Made by a program: the position numbers and the translations under genes
Assembly: GCF_044704955.1 (NCBI RefSeq)
Contig: NC_091997.1
Span: 42,284,001-42,348,000 of the forward strand
Origin: Pristiophorus japonicus
Lineage: Eukaryota
DNA length: 64,000 nucleotides
Reading direction: 5' to 3'
Part shown: piece after piece, positions 36,306-50,815 of the stretch
Layout: each line of letters starts with the position of its first letter
How positions within the stretch are numbered: the stretch's first letter is position 1
Notes under the pieces: generated by a model
What the model saw: only the letters and a program-made list of their open reading frames with translations
The model's database searches: none
Told to the model about the DNA's origin: nothing

Positions 36306-39300
36306 TATCTGGGGATTAGAGTAACCAATCTTAACTACTAGTTTCTAGGGCTAATCTCCTGTCGGGGAACGGCTGAGGTTGAATAGGTTTTATTACAAAC
36401 TGCATCGACCCCGATGTGGGATATTTCCTTGGCGTAATTCACATTGAAGTATTAAAATAATGAAGAAATTGTGAAGAAACTGGGTACCAAAATCAAAAGG
36501 CCATTTGGGAAGATGAGAATACTACTGACGAACATCATTCTGGGAGAAGATCACCGATGTCATATTTTGGCAGGCCTGAAATTCAATGATCTTGCAAAGC
36601 ATTGATACCAATGTCAATGGGAAGAGGTTTGAGCATCAATGCTAAATTTGTGCAATGTCATTCTGGTGTCGATGTCGGAACAGCCTCTGAAGCTAACTAG
36701 CCGGAATGCAGGATTGTGGAATTACATGGAATTGCACAGAATTTCTAGCACAGAAACTGATCATTCGGCCCACGTGCTTTATGCTGGTGTTTATGCTCCA
36801 TCAAACGCTGTCTGCATAGCCAGCTATTCCTGCCTCCCTCTTGTGATTATGTAGCTTTTCCTTAAAAGCATCGATTCTATTTGACCTAACTTCTCGATGT
36901 TGGAGCATGTTCCACATTTTAACCACTCTCTGAGTGAAAACGAATGTCTTATTGATTTAAGAGAATGATTAGTAGTCTCCTGGATTCCAGTCGCCAAAGC
37001 AGTTTATCTCTCTGCTTCTTCTGATGCACAGACTGGTGAGACTCTGGCAGTCAGTCATACCATGTATTCGCCATTCAGATCTCCTTGAAAGGCATCAAGG
37101 GGTATGGGGAAAAAGATGGAATATGGTGTTGAGATGGAGATCAGCCATGAATATATTGAATGGCGGTGCAGATTCGAAGGACCCAATGGCTGACTACTGC
37201 TCCTATTTTCTATGTTTCTATATTTCCAAAGAATCATTCACTTTTAGGGGAATGTTCGTAAAATAGCTGGTGACAATGTACTCTTCCATTGTAGAGGGAG
37301 GGTTTTACCATTGGTAATTCAGCTCAGCGCTCTTTACATTGATGTACAATGTTTATGCAGAAAATGGCACACTAAAAGATTTTGTGAAACACAATTATAT
37401 TCTGATAATTATCTACCACAAAGTTTACATTTCCACTAATGGCTTAAGAATAATCAAAGTGCATGACTGGAATTTGCATTAAGTTACCGAATTTTATTCC
37501 AGTGCTACATTGCTTTTGTTAAAGAAAGACGTTATATCGTGCCTTTTACGATCACCGGACATCGCAAAACGCTTTACAGTCAATGGAGTACGTTTGGAGT
37601 GGAGTCACTATTGTAATATTAACTGGCTGCTTGGTGCATATACAACTATGTAAAGCTGATGTAATGATTAAACATCTTTGCTTCAGGCCTTCTTTGCCAC
37701 AGGATATAATAAGGTACGTGGAAATGGATGATTGCAGAAGCTCTTGAAGAGTCATAAGCCGGTTGCTCTGCAAAGTGGAGATGAACTGGAACTTGCAGTG
37801 GAAACTCCAATATAACCAAGAAGTAAATCAGTATCAAATCTGTAATTTACATACTATTTTATATATATAGTCAATAAAAAATTTGAACTTTCCCACATTA
37901 TTCGCATTTGTCTCATTTTCTTGTCCATATTGGAGATCCCACTGCAAGCTCCAGTTCATCCCCACTTTGACAGAGCAATCGGGGTATGGGTGTTGAAGAG
38001 CATTTGTCACCATCCATCATCACGTGACCTTATTATATTCTGTGGCAAAGCAGGACTGAAGCAAATGAGTTTCATCTTTACATCAGCTTTACATTTCTTG
38101 ATGTTCACTATAAAATCACACCATGAACAGTTGGGACCACTGCATATCTAATATTGTTGGCAGTAAACTGCTTTTTTTCTGATTTCATTGATTTTAAATA
38201 CTGAAATCATTGAAGGAAGCATAGGAAATGTAAGACAAAACATAAATGTTCGAAACAAACTTTCGTTAAAAGAAGGAATTATGTCATGCTTCATGTGCTT
38301 TACGTTATGTAAATCTTATCTCATAAATGTACATTTCTATGCTAAACATCTATGCCCTTTTGTTGATGTGATGTTATAGATGATAATGATGGGCTTTCTT
38401 TGGTTGACGAAAATATCTGTTTTGACCTTATCTAGCGGATTTCTGCGAAGGACAGATGGAGGAAGCAAGGATGGAAAATTTGTGCATAGTTTTAAAGCTG
38501 GTGAAAGACATTTGTAGTTAAATGTGACTGTACATTAAGCACAAAGCAAGCTTCTGCAAATAACTGTGGGATGAATGAGCAGTTAATTGTGTTTCAAAGC
38601 AGTAAACCAAACTCCTCACCCATCCTTTCCTATATCGAGACTATCTGTCCCACCTGTGACAGAGACTGCAATCCCCATATTGGACTGTTCAGTCACCTAA
38701 GAACTAACTTTTAGAGTGGAAGCAAGTCTTCCTCGATTTCCAGGGACTGCATATGATAATGGTAATCTAGTTTGGTGGTGCTGGCTGAGGTAGGTATATT
38801 GGCCAGCACACTTCGAGTGTTCCCTGCTTTTCTTTTGTAAAGTGCCTTTGGAATTTTTACACGGGCGGATGAGGCCTTGGTTTAAGCTTCCAGTTTCAGG
38901 GTGGAAAAGTAACCATTTCCTCCTCTCTGTGAGACATGCACAAATGATTTTATTTGATATAACTGCACCAGCTAAGAAAAACAGTATTGTTCTTCCAGGA
39001 GCCAAACTAAGTCCACTTCATTGTCTCCCAGTGGATATTACAAACTTCTATCCAAGTCGTTTAGGTCGAAATAGCCACCTAGCACCAGCACTGCCACTCA
39101 CCACAAGGCAACCTCCGAAGCAATGCAATCAACAGCTTGGGAAATCTACCAATTAGTTGTCTTTAAGTTTCTCTGAAAACCAGTACTTTTCTGCCTGGGA
39201 CTTGCTCACATTCACAAACCAGATCTAAACACAGACATCCAGATATATGATCATACAGTCCATTGGAGCAATGAATAACACTTAATGAGGTTGAGAGAAG

Positions 39301-39677
39301 TTGCAAAAATAATTTATTGTAACATTGAAAAATTGTATTTATAAAAAAACCTTTCGAACAAGGATCTAGTCAACTTATAAATATGATTCAATAAATATAA
39401 AAAAATAACATGTTCTTGTAATTTACTTTCCTCACGGTGCAAAATCTTAACGCGGTATCGCAAAAATATATGAATATAATAACTAAAAATAATTTAACAG
39501 CTTATTACATGATAGTTTCATGATTCCTTCACATTAGCTCTTGAAATGAGAGTTGCTGTAACATTGTCGATGTTTTAAATAGCAATAACATTGGAATTGT
39601 AAAAATATTTGAATAAATACATCAATATCTCCCAGTAATGAGAAAATATTCTGTTTAAAATGTTCACTGCGTGACCT

Positions 39678-40840
39678 TCAGTTGCTTTTGCTGATTTTTG
39701 CTATTATGGTCTGAATCTGCTGTAAACGGGCCTTGGTCTGAGAGCAGACGATTTTCCAGGCACACTCGCCGAATCTCTGTAAAAGGCAGAAATATTGAAA
39801 TGTATTACCGGGAATATACTGGGAGAAAAAGCAACAATCTATATTGCAAACTCATGGTACAGTTTTTACGGAAGGATAAGGATTACTTTGGTCCCGGGGA
39901 GCATTGGGACATGGCAAATCTCTTCATGCCGAATTCCTCTGACTGATGTTGCAGTGAAATGATTAATATTTTCCAACAGATTTCACCGGAAATTCGCACC
40001 AGAGGAAATCTTCACAAATACACCGATAGTGTCTCCTTGTAGGGCCTGGAGTCATCGGCAATTTACAGATTGAGGGATGTATATTTGGGATACCCACATG
40101 GTGCTTCACTCGGGATAAAACATTCAAATATTCATTCCCATACCTCCAGTTCTAAAAACTCCCTCAACTTCCCGAAGTATTCCTGAATTTCCTCGCTGTT
40201 GGAGTATGACAGAGGTTCCCTGACACATCCTCTCAGATCCTCCAGCTGCTGAATCAGTAGAATACGAAACCCTTCCAGCAGCGCAGCGTCCCAGGGCGCG
40301 GTGCTCAGATTCTGGGTGAAGGTCTTGTTGATTTGATCCAAAGTTTGATGGATAACCCGGATCTTGTCCTCGGCCTATAAAATACACAGCGTTACTTCAC
40401 GGGAAAGCTCGGTGTTACTCAAAAAGTTACTTGACAATATAGAATATTGCGGTCTGCCCAAATATTATTTATACAATTAAAAACTGGTCAATAAGTCAGG
40501 CACTGCTACAACAGAAATACATTCTGAACTGGATACTTACATTTAAGTTGTTTGAAAGTGTGATCAGATCGAGGGGTTGGGTCTGCAGTGCCACTCTCCT
40601 TGTCACACAGTGCCGGGGCAGTCTACCTCCCTGGAACACAGGAGAATTCCGCTTAATACAATTGGCCACACACACAAACTCTGGAGATGGGAGAGATGGC
40701 GATCAGTTCAAACTCACCATTTCAATCAGTTTGCCCAGAGTCTTTGTGTTGTGAATGCGCAGCCTCTCACAGCCCAGACTCATGGTCCCGGCCAACCAGG
40801 CCAACATAATCCAACATCTCCAAGCACACGAGAGCGCCAT
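39678..40840 (-). CDS. IFN1: Type I interferon precursor, copy 5 (intact)
   Basis: Exons 40718-40840, 40541-40630, 40144-40374, 39678-39776; the protein appears identical to copy 4. Confidence 0.92.
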
Positions 40841-42032
40841 GTTCCAGCACACAGGGTGAAGCACCGAGCTGGAATTGCAGAGGGATAAAATCATTAGCGA
40901 TCAGCATCCGACAAGAGTCATTTTAATGTGGGTTAGTAAGTGAACAAACTCGGCAGTGTCTTACCTGTTTAAGGTGAATCCTCTGACAGAGACAAGTGTC
41001 AATTGTTGTCAGCCTCAGGAGTGAAGTATCAGAGTAAGACCATGCCGAATATAAATGATCTGCTGTTTGCATCACAAAAGTGAAAAGGCAGGTTGGTACC
41101 CACAGGGAGATTTTCTGCCCACATTCGATTTTCAGATGCGAGGAATTCACCGTATAAAACAATCCCCAAGAAAAACTGTAAAAGCGGCTCCGATTTCGTC
41201 TTCAGTCTTTAGGCAGTCTTAGCAGTACCTCGGACTGGAGGATGTGGTTGTAGCCGCACTCGCGAACTGCCCTGCTCTGAATTGAGGAAATACCAAAACC
41301 CTGTTAAATCCGAAATGAAAGCTACACTGCACTGGGACAATCGGAGCATTTCTAACTGTTGTATTGACCAATGAATCCCCCAAAATCAGATTGTTCCAAC
41401 TTTTTGAGAAACCGTCGGTGACCTGACGAGTAAAGCATCAGCTGTTTGCAATATTTAACAAATGAAAGTCCCCTCCCTCTGTGGCGATCGTTATTCCCTG
41501 AGTTATATCCTTCAATTTCCCGAGTTGGGTCTCCCAATATTTTCCTCCTGGGGACGTCCCAGATCTGGCCGGCGGACCGGAGCTCCATTATTCCGTCTCC
41601 CTTTCCCTTTCCCTTTTTTTGCGGAAAGATGAATCCCGCCCTTCAGCCTCCGCTCTTTAACCTTAAGGACTGGAGCCTGGTCCCTGATTGGTAGATTGAG
41701 GGAAGCCTCAATTATGTTTTAAGCCCACCCTTTTCTCCTGATTCACTGGGGCACAGGGCAGCAGTGTTGCTCTATTGAAAAGTCTGAAGAAGACTTCGCA
41801 GACGCAACGTGAACTTGTCTGATGCTGAGCGACCTGCTGAGCACGTTCCCAGAGTTTTCTTTAACTTCCCGCTGCTCTCTAAGGCTGAATTGCTTTGAAC
41901 GCGTGTAGTTGAGGCAGAGACCATTCCATCTCTTGAAACAAAGCACAGGAAGGAGCAATAGAGAGTCAGGCAGCATTTCAGCGGGATGCTTACCAGATAC
42001 TCCTCCCCCACCCACCCCGGTGTTGGATGAAC

Positions 42033-42150
42033 ATTGGTTTTCCGATGGCTGGAGACTGGATTTTGTTGGTGATGTTGCCCGGGACATGAGCCAGGACTGC
42101 CAGTGGCTGCAGTACAGCAAGTTTTTAAAGGAATTCTCAAGAGTGAAATG
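42033..42150 (+). pseudogene. Decayed plus-strand IFN exon 1 (unit 5)
   Basis: Copy of 34778-34895. Confidence 0.7.
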
Positions 42151-42184
42151 GTGAGTTTAAAGAGAGAACATTTTTTAAATGGTG

Positions 42185-43560
42185 AGAAACTATGACATGT
42201 TGGTTTTCAGAGAGATGTGTGTGTCCTCGTGCAACAAACACAGACAGTTGGCATTCAGATATAGCAAGCAATAATATGTTTTCCTTGATTGCAAGGGGTT
42301 TCGTTCATAAGAGTAAGGAAGACTTGCTGCAATTGTATAGGGCCTTGGTGAGACCATACCTGGAATACTGTGCACAGTTTTGGTCTCCTTATCTAAGGAA
42401 GGAGATTGAAGGCAGCACAACAAAGGTTGACTGGATTGATTCCTCAGATGAGAAGCTGTCCTATGAGGATAGATTGTGTAGATTGGACCTATACTCTCTG
42501 GAGTTTAGAAGAATGAGGGGTGCGGGGGGGTGGGGGGCGAAATTGCGGTCAGAGGCTTCCTTCGAACGCAAGCATCCGACATCAAAAAAGTCTACGAAAG
42601 TACCTGGTGGTCTCAGATAAACGTAGGATCCAAGCGGTGGCCTGCCGGCCTGGACCACCAATCACTGTGTAGTATTCTTATTGATAAAAATTGGTACTCG
42701 GTTTGTACGAGTTCCCATGACTATCAATGAGAATACCCTCCTAAAACACGGAAACACAACATAAAAATAAAACACCTCACATATTTAAAATTAATTAAAA
42801 TTAAATGTAATTAAATGTTTTAGAAAAAAATATATTTTTTGAAAAGTTTAAAATGTGTTTTAATACGGTTGAAAATAAACTTACCTTAATAGACAGGGGG
42901 TTTTAATTTAAAAATGAGTGATTAAATTTAATTTTTATATGTTTTAAAACTCTTTTATTGGTAAAAGTAAGCAATGTATCTGTTTTTCGCAGGCGTAAAA
43001 CTTTGAAGGACATCCGCTGGGCATGAGTTGGACAAATAGCCCAATCTCTCCCGCGTGGATGTCCTTCTACTGGGGATGCGATTGATCTGCATGGAGAAAC
43101 CTGGATCGATTGTAAAAGACGGATTTCGGCACATGCGCTTCGCAACCCGGAAAGTGGCTTTTATGGGCCCTCACTGGGTCCATGCGCATTTTGTATGGAC
43201 CCGATGAGATGACACCTTTCGGCCCTGAGTTGTGATCTCATTGAAACATACAAGGTTCTGAAGGGGATTGATGGGGTGGATACTGAGAGGTTGCTACCCC
43301 TGGCTGAGACATCTAGAACTTGAGTGTGCCGTCTCAGGATAAGCGGAAGGCCATTTAAGACCAAGACGAGGAGCAATTTCTTCACTCAGGGAGTAGTGAG
43401 TCTTTGCAATTCTCTGCCCCAGAGGGCTGTGGATGCTCAGTCTTTGAGTATGTTCAAGGCTGTGTAAACAGATTTTTGGACTCTCGGGGATTCAAGGGTT
43501 CTGGAGATTGGGCGGGAAAATGGAGTTGAGGTCAATGAATGGCGGCCTACTCCTGCTCTT
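42185..43560 (+). mobile_element. CR1 3' fragment with nested MITE
   Basis: Copy of 34930-36305. Confidence 0.75.
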
Positions 43561-46500
43561 ATCTGGGGATTAGAGTAACCAATCTTAACTACTAGTTTCT
43601 AGGGCTAATCTCCTGTCGGGGAACGGCTGAGGTTGAATAGGTTTTATTACAAACGGCATCGACCCCGATGTGGGATATTTCCTTGGCGTAATTCACATTG
43701 AAGTATTAAAATAATGAAGAAATTGCGAAGAAACTGGGTACCAAAATCAAAAGGCCATTTGGGAAGATGAGAATACTACTGACGAACATCATTCTGGGAG
43801 AAGATCACCGATGTCATATATTGGCAGGCCTGAAATTCAATGATCTTGCAAAGCATTGATACCAATGTCAATGGGAAGAGGTTTGAGCATCAATGCTAAA
43901 TTTGTGCAATGTCATTCTAGTGTCGATGTCGGAACAGACTCTGAAGCTAACTAGCCGGAATGCAGGATTGTGGAATTACATGGAATTGCACAGAATTTCT
44001 AGCACAGAAACTGATCATTCGGCCCACGTGCTTTATGCTGGTGTTTATGCTCCATCAAACGCTGTCTGCATAGCCAGCTATTCCTGCCTCCCTCTTGTGA
44101 TTATGTAGCTTTCCCTTAAAAGCATCGATTCTATTTGACCTAACTTCTCGATGTTGGAGCATGTTCCACATTTTAACCACTCTCTGAGTGAAAACGAATG
44201 TCTTATTGATTTAAGGAAATGATTAGTAGTCTCCTGGATTCCAGTCGCCAAAGCAGTTTGTCTCTCTGCTTCTTCAGATGCACAGACTGGTGAGACTCTG
44301 GCAGTCAGTCATACCATGTATTCGCCATTCAGATCTCCTTGAAAGGCATCAAGGGGTATGGGGAAAAAGATGGAATATGGTGTTGAGATGGAGATCAGCA
44401 ATGAATACATTGAATGGCGGTGCAGATTCGAAGGACCCAATGGCTGACTACTGCACCTATTTTCTATGTTTCTATATTTCCAAAGAATCATTCACTTTTA
44501 GGGGAATGTTCGTAAAATAGCTGGTGACAATGTACTCTTCCATTGTAGAGGGAGGGTTTTACCATTGGTAATTCAGCTCAGCGCTCTTTACATTGATGTA
44601 CAATGTTTATGCAGAAAATGGCACACTAAAAGATTTTGTGAAACACAATTATATTCTGATAATTATCTACCACAAAGTTTACATTTCCACTGATGGCTTA
44701 AGAATAATCAAAGTGCATGACTGGAATTTGCATTAAGTTACCGAATTTTATTCCAGTGCTACATTGCTTTTGTTAAAGAAAGACGTTATATCGTGCCTTT
44801 TACGATCACCGGACATCGCAAAACGCTTTACAGTCAATGGAGTACGTTTGGAGTGGAGTCACTATTGTAATATTAACTGGCTGCTTGGTGCATATACAAC
44901 TATGTAAAGCTGATGTAATGATTAAACATCTTTGCTTCAGACCTTCTTTGCCACAGGATATAATAAGGTACGTGGAAATGGATGATTGCAGAAGCTCTTG
45001 AAGAGTCATAAGCCGGTTGCTCTGCAAAGTGGAGATGAACTGGAACTTGCAGTGGAAACTCCAATATAACCAAGAAGTAAATCAGTATCAAATCTGTAAT
45101 TTACATACTATTTTATATATATAGTAAATAAAAAATTTGAACTTTCCCACATTATTCGCATTTGTCTCATTTTCTTGTCCATATTGGAGATCCCACTGCA
45201 AGCTCCAGTTCATCCCCACTTTGACAGAGCAATCGGGGTATGGGTGTTGAAGAGCATTTGTCACCATCCATCATCACGTGACCTTATTATATTCTGTGGC
45301 AAAGCAGGACTGAAGCAAATGAGTTTCATCTTTACATCAGCTTTACATTTCTTGATGTTCACTATAAAATCACACCATGAACAGTTGGGACCACTGCATA
45401 TCTAATATTGTTGGCAGTAAACTGTTTTTTTTCTGATTTCATTGATTTTAAATACTGAAATCATTGAAGGAAGCATAGGAAATGTAAGACAAAACATAAA
45501 TGTTCGAAACAAACTTTCGTTAAAAGAAGGAATTATGTCATGCTTCATGTGCTTTACGTTATGTAAATCTTATCTCATAAATGTACATTTCTATGCTAAA
45601 CATCTATGCCCTTTTGTTGATGTGATGTTATAGATGATAATGATGGGCTTTCTTTGGTTGACGAAAATATCTGTTTTGACCTTATCTAGCGGATTTCTGC
45701 GAAGGACAGATGGAGGAAGCAAGGATGGAAAATTTGTGCATAGTTTTAAAGCTGGTGAAAGACATTTGTAGTTAAATGTGACTGTACATTAAGCACAAAG
45801 CAAGCTTCTGCAAATAACTGTGGGATGAATGAGCAGTTAATTGTGTTTCAAAGCAGTAAACCAAACTCCTCACCCATCCTTTCCTATATCGAGACTATCT
45901 GTCCCACCTGTGACAGAGACTGCAATCCCCATATTGGACTGTTCAGTCACCTAAGAACTAACTTTTAGAGTGGAAGCAAGTCTTCCTCGATTTCCAGGGA
46001 CTGCATATGATAATGGTAATCTAGTTTGGTGGTGCTGGCTGAGGTAGGTATATTGGCCAGCACACTTCGAGTGTTCCCTGCTTTTCTTTTGTAAAGTGCC
46101 TTTGGAATTTTTACACGGGCGGATGAGGCCTTGGTTTAAGCTTCCAGTTTCAGGGTGGAAAAATAACCATTTCCTCCTCTCTGTGAGACATGCACAAATG
46201 ATTTTATTTGATATAACTGCACCAGCTAAGAAAAACAGTATTGTTCTTCCAGGAGCCAAACTAAGTCCACTTCATTGTCTCCCAGTGGATATTACAAACT
46301 TCTATCCAAGTCGTTTAGGTCGAAATAGCCACCTAGCACCAGCACTGCCACTCACCACAAGGCAACCTCCGAAGCAATGCAATCAACAGCTTGGGAAATC
46401 TACCAATTAGTTGTCTTTAAGTTTCTCTGAAAACCAGTACTTTTCTGCCTGGGACTTGCTCACATTCACAAACCAGATCTAAACACAGACATCCAGATAT

Positions 46501-46931
46501 ATGATCATACAGTCCATTGGAGCAATGAATAACACTTAATGAGGTTGAGAGAAGTTGCAAAAATAATTTATTGTAACATTGAAAAATTGTATTTATAAAA
46601 AAACCTTTCGAACAAGGATCTAGTCAACTTATAAATATGATTCAATAAATATAAAAAAATAACATGTTCTTGTAATTTACTTTCCTCACGGTGCAAAATC
46701 TTAACGCGGTATCGCAAAAATATATGAATATAATAACTAAAAATAATTTAACAGCTTATTACATGATAGTTTCATGATTCCTTCACATTAGCTCTTGAAA
46801 TGAGAGTTGCTGTAACATTGTCGATGTTTTAAATAGCAATAACATTGGAATTGTAAAAATATTTGAATAAATACATCAATATCTCCCAATAATGAGAAAA
46901 TATTCTGTTTAAAATGTTCACTGCGTGACCT

Positions 46932-48094
46932 TCAGTTGCTTTTGCTGATTTTTGCTATTATGGTCTGAATCTGCTGTAAACGGGCCTTGGTCTGAGAGCA
47001 GACGATTTTCCAGGCACACTCGCCGAATCTCTGTAAAAGGCAGAAATATTGAAATGTATTACCGGGAATATACTGGGAGAAAAAGCAACAATCTATATTG
47101 CAAACTCATGGTACAGTTTTTACGGAAGGATAAGGATTACTTTGGTCCCGGGGAGCATTGGGACATGGCAAATCTCTTCATGCCGAATTCCTCTGACTGA
47201 TGTTGCAGTGAAATGATTAATATTTTCCAACAGATTTCACCGGAAATTCGCACCAGAGGAAATCTTCACAAATACACCGATAGTGTCTCCTTGTAGGGCC
47301 TGGAGTCATCGGCAATTTACAGATTGAGGGATGTATATTTGGGATACCCACATGGTGCTTCACTCGGGATAAAACATTCAAATATTCATTCCCATACCTC
47401 CAGTTCTAAAAACTCCCTCAACTTCCCGAAGTATTCCTGAATTTCCTCGCTGTTGGAGTATGACAGAGGTTCCCTGACACATCCTCTCAGATCCTCCAGC
47501 TGCTGAATCAGTAGAATACGAAACCCTTCCAGCAGCGCAGCGTCCCAGGGCGCGGTGCTCAGATTCTGGGTGAAGGTCTTGTTGATTTGATCCAAAGTTT
47601 GATGGATAACCCGGATCTTGTCCTCGGCCTATAAAATACACAGCGTTACTTCACGGGAAAGCTCGGTGTTACTCAAAAAGTTACTTGACAATATAGAATA
47701 TTGCGGTCTGCCCAAATATTATTTATACAATTAAAAACTGGTCAATAAGTCAGGCACTGCTACAACAGAAATACATTCTGAACTGGATACTTACATTTAA
47801 GTTGTTTGAAAGTGTGATCAGATCGAGGGGTTGGGTCTGCAGTGCCACTCTCCTTGTCACACAGTGCCGGGGCAGTCTACCTCCCTGGAACACAGGAGAA
47901 TTCCGCTTAATACAATTGGCCACACACACAAACTCTGGAGATGGGAGAGATGGCGATCAGTTCAAACTCACCATTTCAATCAGTTTGCCCAGAGTCTTTG
48001 TGTTGTGAATGCGCAGCCTCTCACAGCCCAGACTCATGGTCCCGGCCAACCAGGCCAACATAATCCAACATCTCCAAGCACACGAGAGCGCCAT
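46932..48094 (-). CDS. IFN1: Type I interferon precursor, copy 6 (intact)
   Basis: Exons 47972-48094, 47795-47884, 47398-47628, 46932-47030. Confidence 0.92.
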
Positions 48095-49286
48095 GTTCCA
48101 GCACACAGGGTGAAGCACCGAGCTGGAATTGCAGAGGGATAAAATCATTAGCGATCAGCATCCGACAAGAGTCATTTTAATGTGGGTTAGTAAGTGAACA
48201 AACTCGGCAGTGTCTTACCTGTTTAAGGTGAATCCTCTGACAGAGACAAGTGTCAATTGTTGTCAGCCTCAGGAGTGAAGTATCAGAGTAAGACCATGCC
48301 GAATATAAATGATCTGCTGTTTGCATCACAAAAGTGAAAAGGCAGGTTGGTACCCACAGGGAGATTTTCTGCCCACATTCGATTTTCAGATGCGAGGAAT
48401 TCACCGTATAAAACAATCCCCAAGAAAAACTGTAAAAGCGGCTCCGATTTCGTCTTCAGTCTTTAGGCAGTCTTAGCAGTACCTCGGACTGGAGGATGTG
48501 GTTGTAGCCGCACTCGCGAACTGCCCTGCTCTGAATTGAGGAAATACCAAAACCCTGTTAAATCCGAAATGAAAGCTACACTGCACTGGGACAATCGGAG
48601 CATTTCTAACTGTTGTATTGACCAATGAATCCCCCAAAATCAGATTGTTCCAACTTTTTGAGAAACCGTCGGTGACCTGACGAGTAAAGCATCAGCTGTT
48701 TGCAATATTTAACAAATGAAAGTCCCCTCCCTCTGTGGCGATCGTTATTCCCTGAGTTATATCCTTCAATTTCCCGAGTTGGGTCTCCCAATATTTTCCT
48801 CCTGGGGACGTCCCAGATCTGGCCGGCGGACCGGAGCTCCATTATTCCGTCTCCCTTTCCCTTTCCCTTTTTTTGCGGAAAGATGAATCCCGCCCTTCAG
48901 CCTCCGCTCTTTAACCTTAAGGACTGGAGCCTGGTCCCTGATTGGTAGATTGAGGGAAGCCTCAATTATGTTTTAAGCCCACCCTTTTCTCCTGATTCAC
49001 TGGGGCACAGTGCAGCAGTGTTGCTCTATTGAAAAGTCTGAAGAAGACTTCGCAGACGCAACGTGAACTTGTCTGATGCTGAGCGACCTGCTGAGCACGT
49101 TCCCAGAGTTTTCTTTAACTTCCCGCTGCTCTCTAAGGCTGAATTGCTTTGAACGCGTGTAGTTGAGGCAGAGACCATTCCATCTCTTGAAACAAAGCAC
49201 AGGAAGGAGCAATAGAGAGTCAGGCAGCATTTCAGCGGGATGCTTACCAGATACTCCTCCCCCACCCACCCCGGTGTTGGATGAAC

Positions 49287-49404
49287 ATTGGTTTTCCGAT
49301 GGCTGGAGACTGGATTTTGTTGGTGATGTTGCCCGGGACATGAGCCAGGACTGCCAGTGGCTGCAGTACAGCAAGTTTTTAAAGGAATTCTCAAGAGTGA
49401 AATG
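49287..49404 (+). pseudogene. Decayed plus-strand IFN exon 1 (unit 6)
   Basis: Copy of 34778-34895. Confidence 0.7.
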
Positions 49405-49439
49405 GTGAGTTTAAAGAGAGAACATTTTTTAAATGGTGA

Positions 49440-50815
49440 GAAACTATGACATGTTGGTTTTCAGAGAGATGTGTGTGTCCTCGTGCAACAAACACAGACA
49501 GTTGGCATTCAGATATAGCAAGCAATAATATGTTTTCCTTGATTGCAAGGGGTTTCGTTCATAAGAGTAAGGAAGACTTGCTGCAATTGTATAGGGCCTT
49601 GGTGAGACCATACCTGGAATACTGTGCACAGTTTTGGTCTCCTTATCTAAGGAAGGAGATTGAAGGCAGCACAACAAAGGTTGACTGGATTGATTCCTCA
49701 GATGAGAAGCTGTCCTATGAGGATAGATTGTGTAGATTGGACCTATACTCTCTGGAGTTTAGAAGAATGAGGGGTGCGGGGGGGTGGGGGGCGAAATTGC
49801 GGTCAGAGGCTTCCTTCGAACGCAAGCATCCGACATCAAAAAAGTCTACGAAAGTACCTGGTGGTCTCAGATAAACGTAGGATCCAAGCGGTGGCCTGCC
49901 GGCCTGGACCACCAATCACTGTGTAGTATTCTTATTGATAAAAATTGGTACTCGGTTTGTACGAGTTCCCATGACTATCAATGAGAATACCCTCCTAAAA
50001 CACGGAAACACAACATAAAAATAAAACACCTCACATATTTAAAATTAATTAAAATTAAATGTAATTAAATGTTTTAGAAAAAAATATATTTTTTGAAAAG
50101 TTTAAAATGTGTTTTAATACGGTTGAAAATAAACTTACCTTAATAGACAGGGGGTTTTAATTTAAAAATGAGTGATTAAATTTAATTTTTATATGTTTTA
50201 AAACTCTTTTATTGGTAAAAGTAAGCAATGTATCTGTTTTTCGCAGGCGTAAAACTTTGAAGGACATCCGCTGGGCATGAGTTGGACAAATAGCCCAATC
50301 TCTCCCGCGTGGATGTCCTTCTACTGGGGATGCGATTGATCTGCATGGAGAAACCTGGATCGATTGTAAAAGACGGATTTCGGCACATGCGCTTCGCAAC
50401 CCGGAAAGTGGCTTTTATGGGCCCTCACTGGGTCCATGCGCATTTTGTATGGACCCGATGAGATGACACCTTTCGGCCCTGAGTTGTGATCTCATTGAAA
50501 CATACAAGGTTCTGAAGGGGATTGATGGGGTGGATACTGAGAGGTTGCTACCCCTGGCTGAGACATCTAGAACTTGAGTGTGCCGTCTCAGGATAAGCGG
50601 AAGGCCATTTAAGACCAAGACGAGGAGCAATTTCTTCACTCAGGGAGTAGTGAGTCTTTGCAATTTTCTGCCCCAGAGGGCTGTGGATGCTCAGTCTTTG
50701 AGTATGTTCAAGGCTGTGTAAACAGATTTTTGGACTCTCGGGGATTCAAGGGTTCTGGAGATTGGGCGGGAAAATGGAGTTGAGGTCAATGAATGGCGGC
50801 CTACTCCTGCTCTTA
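49440..50815 (+). mobile_element. CR1 3' fragment with nested MITE
   Basis: Copy of 34930-36305. Confidence 0.75.
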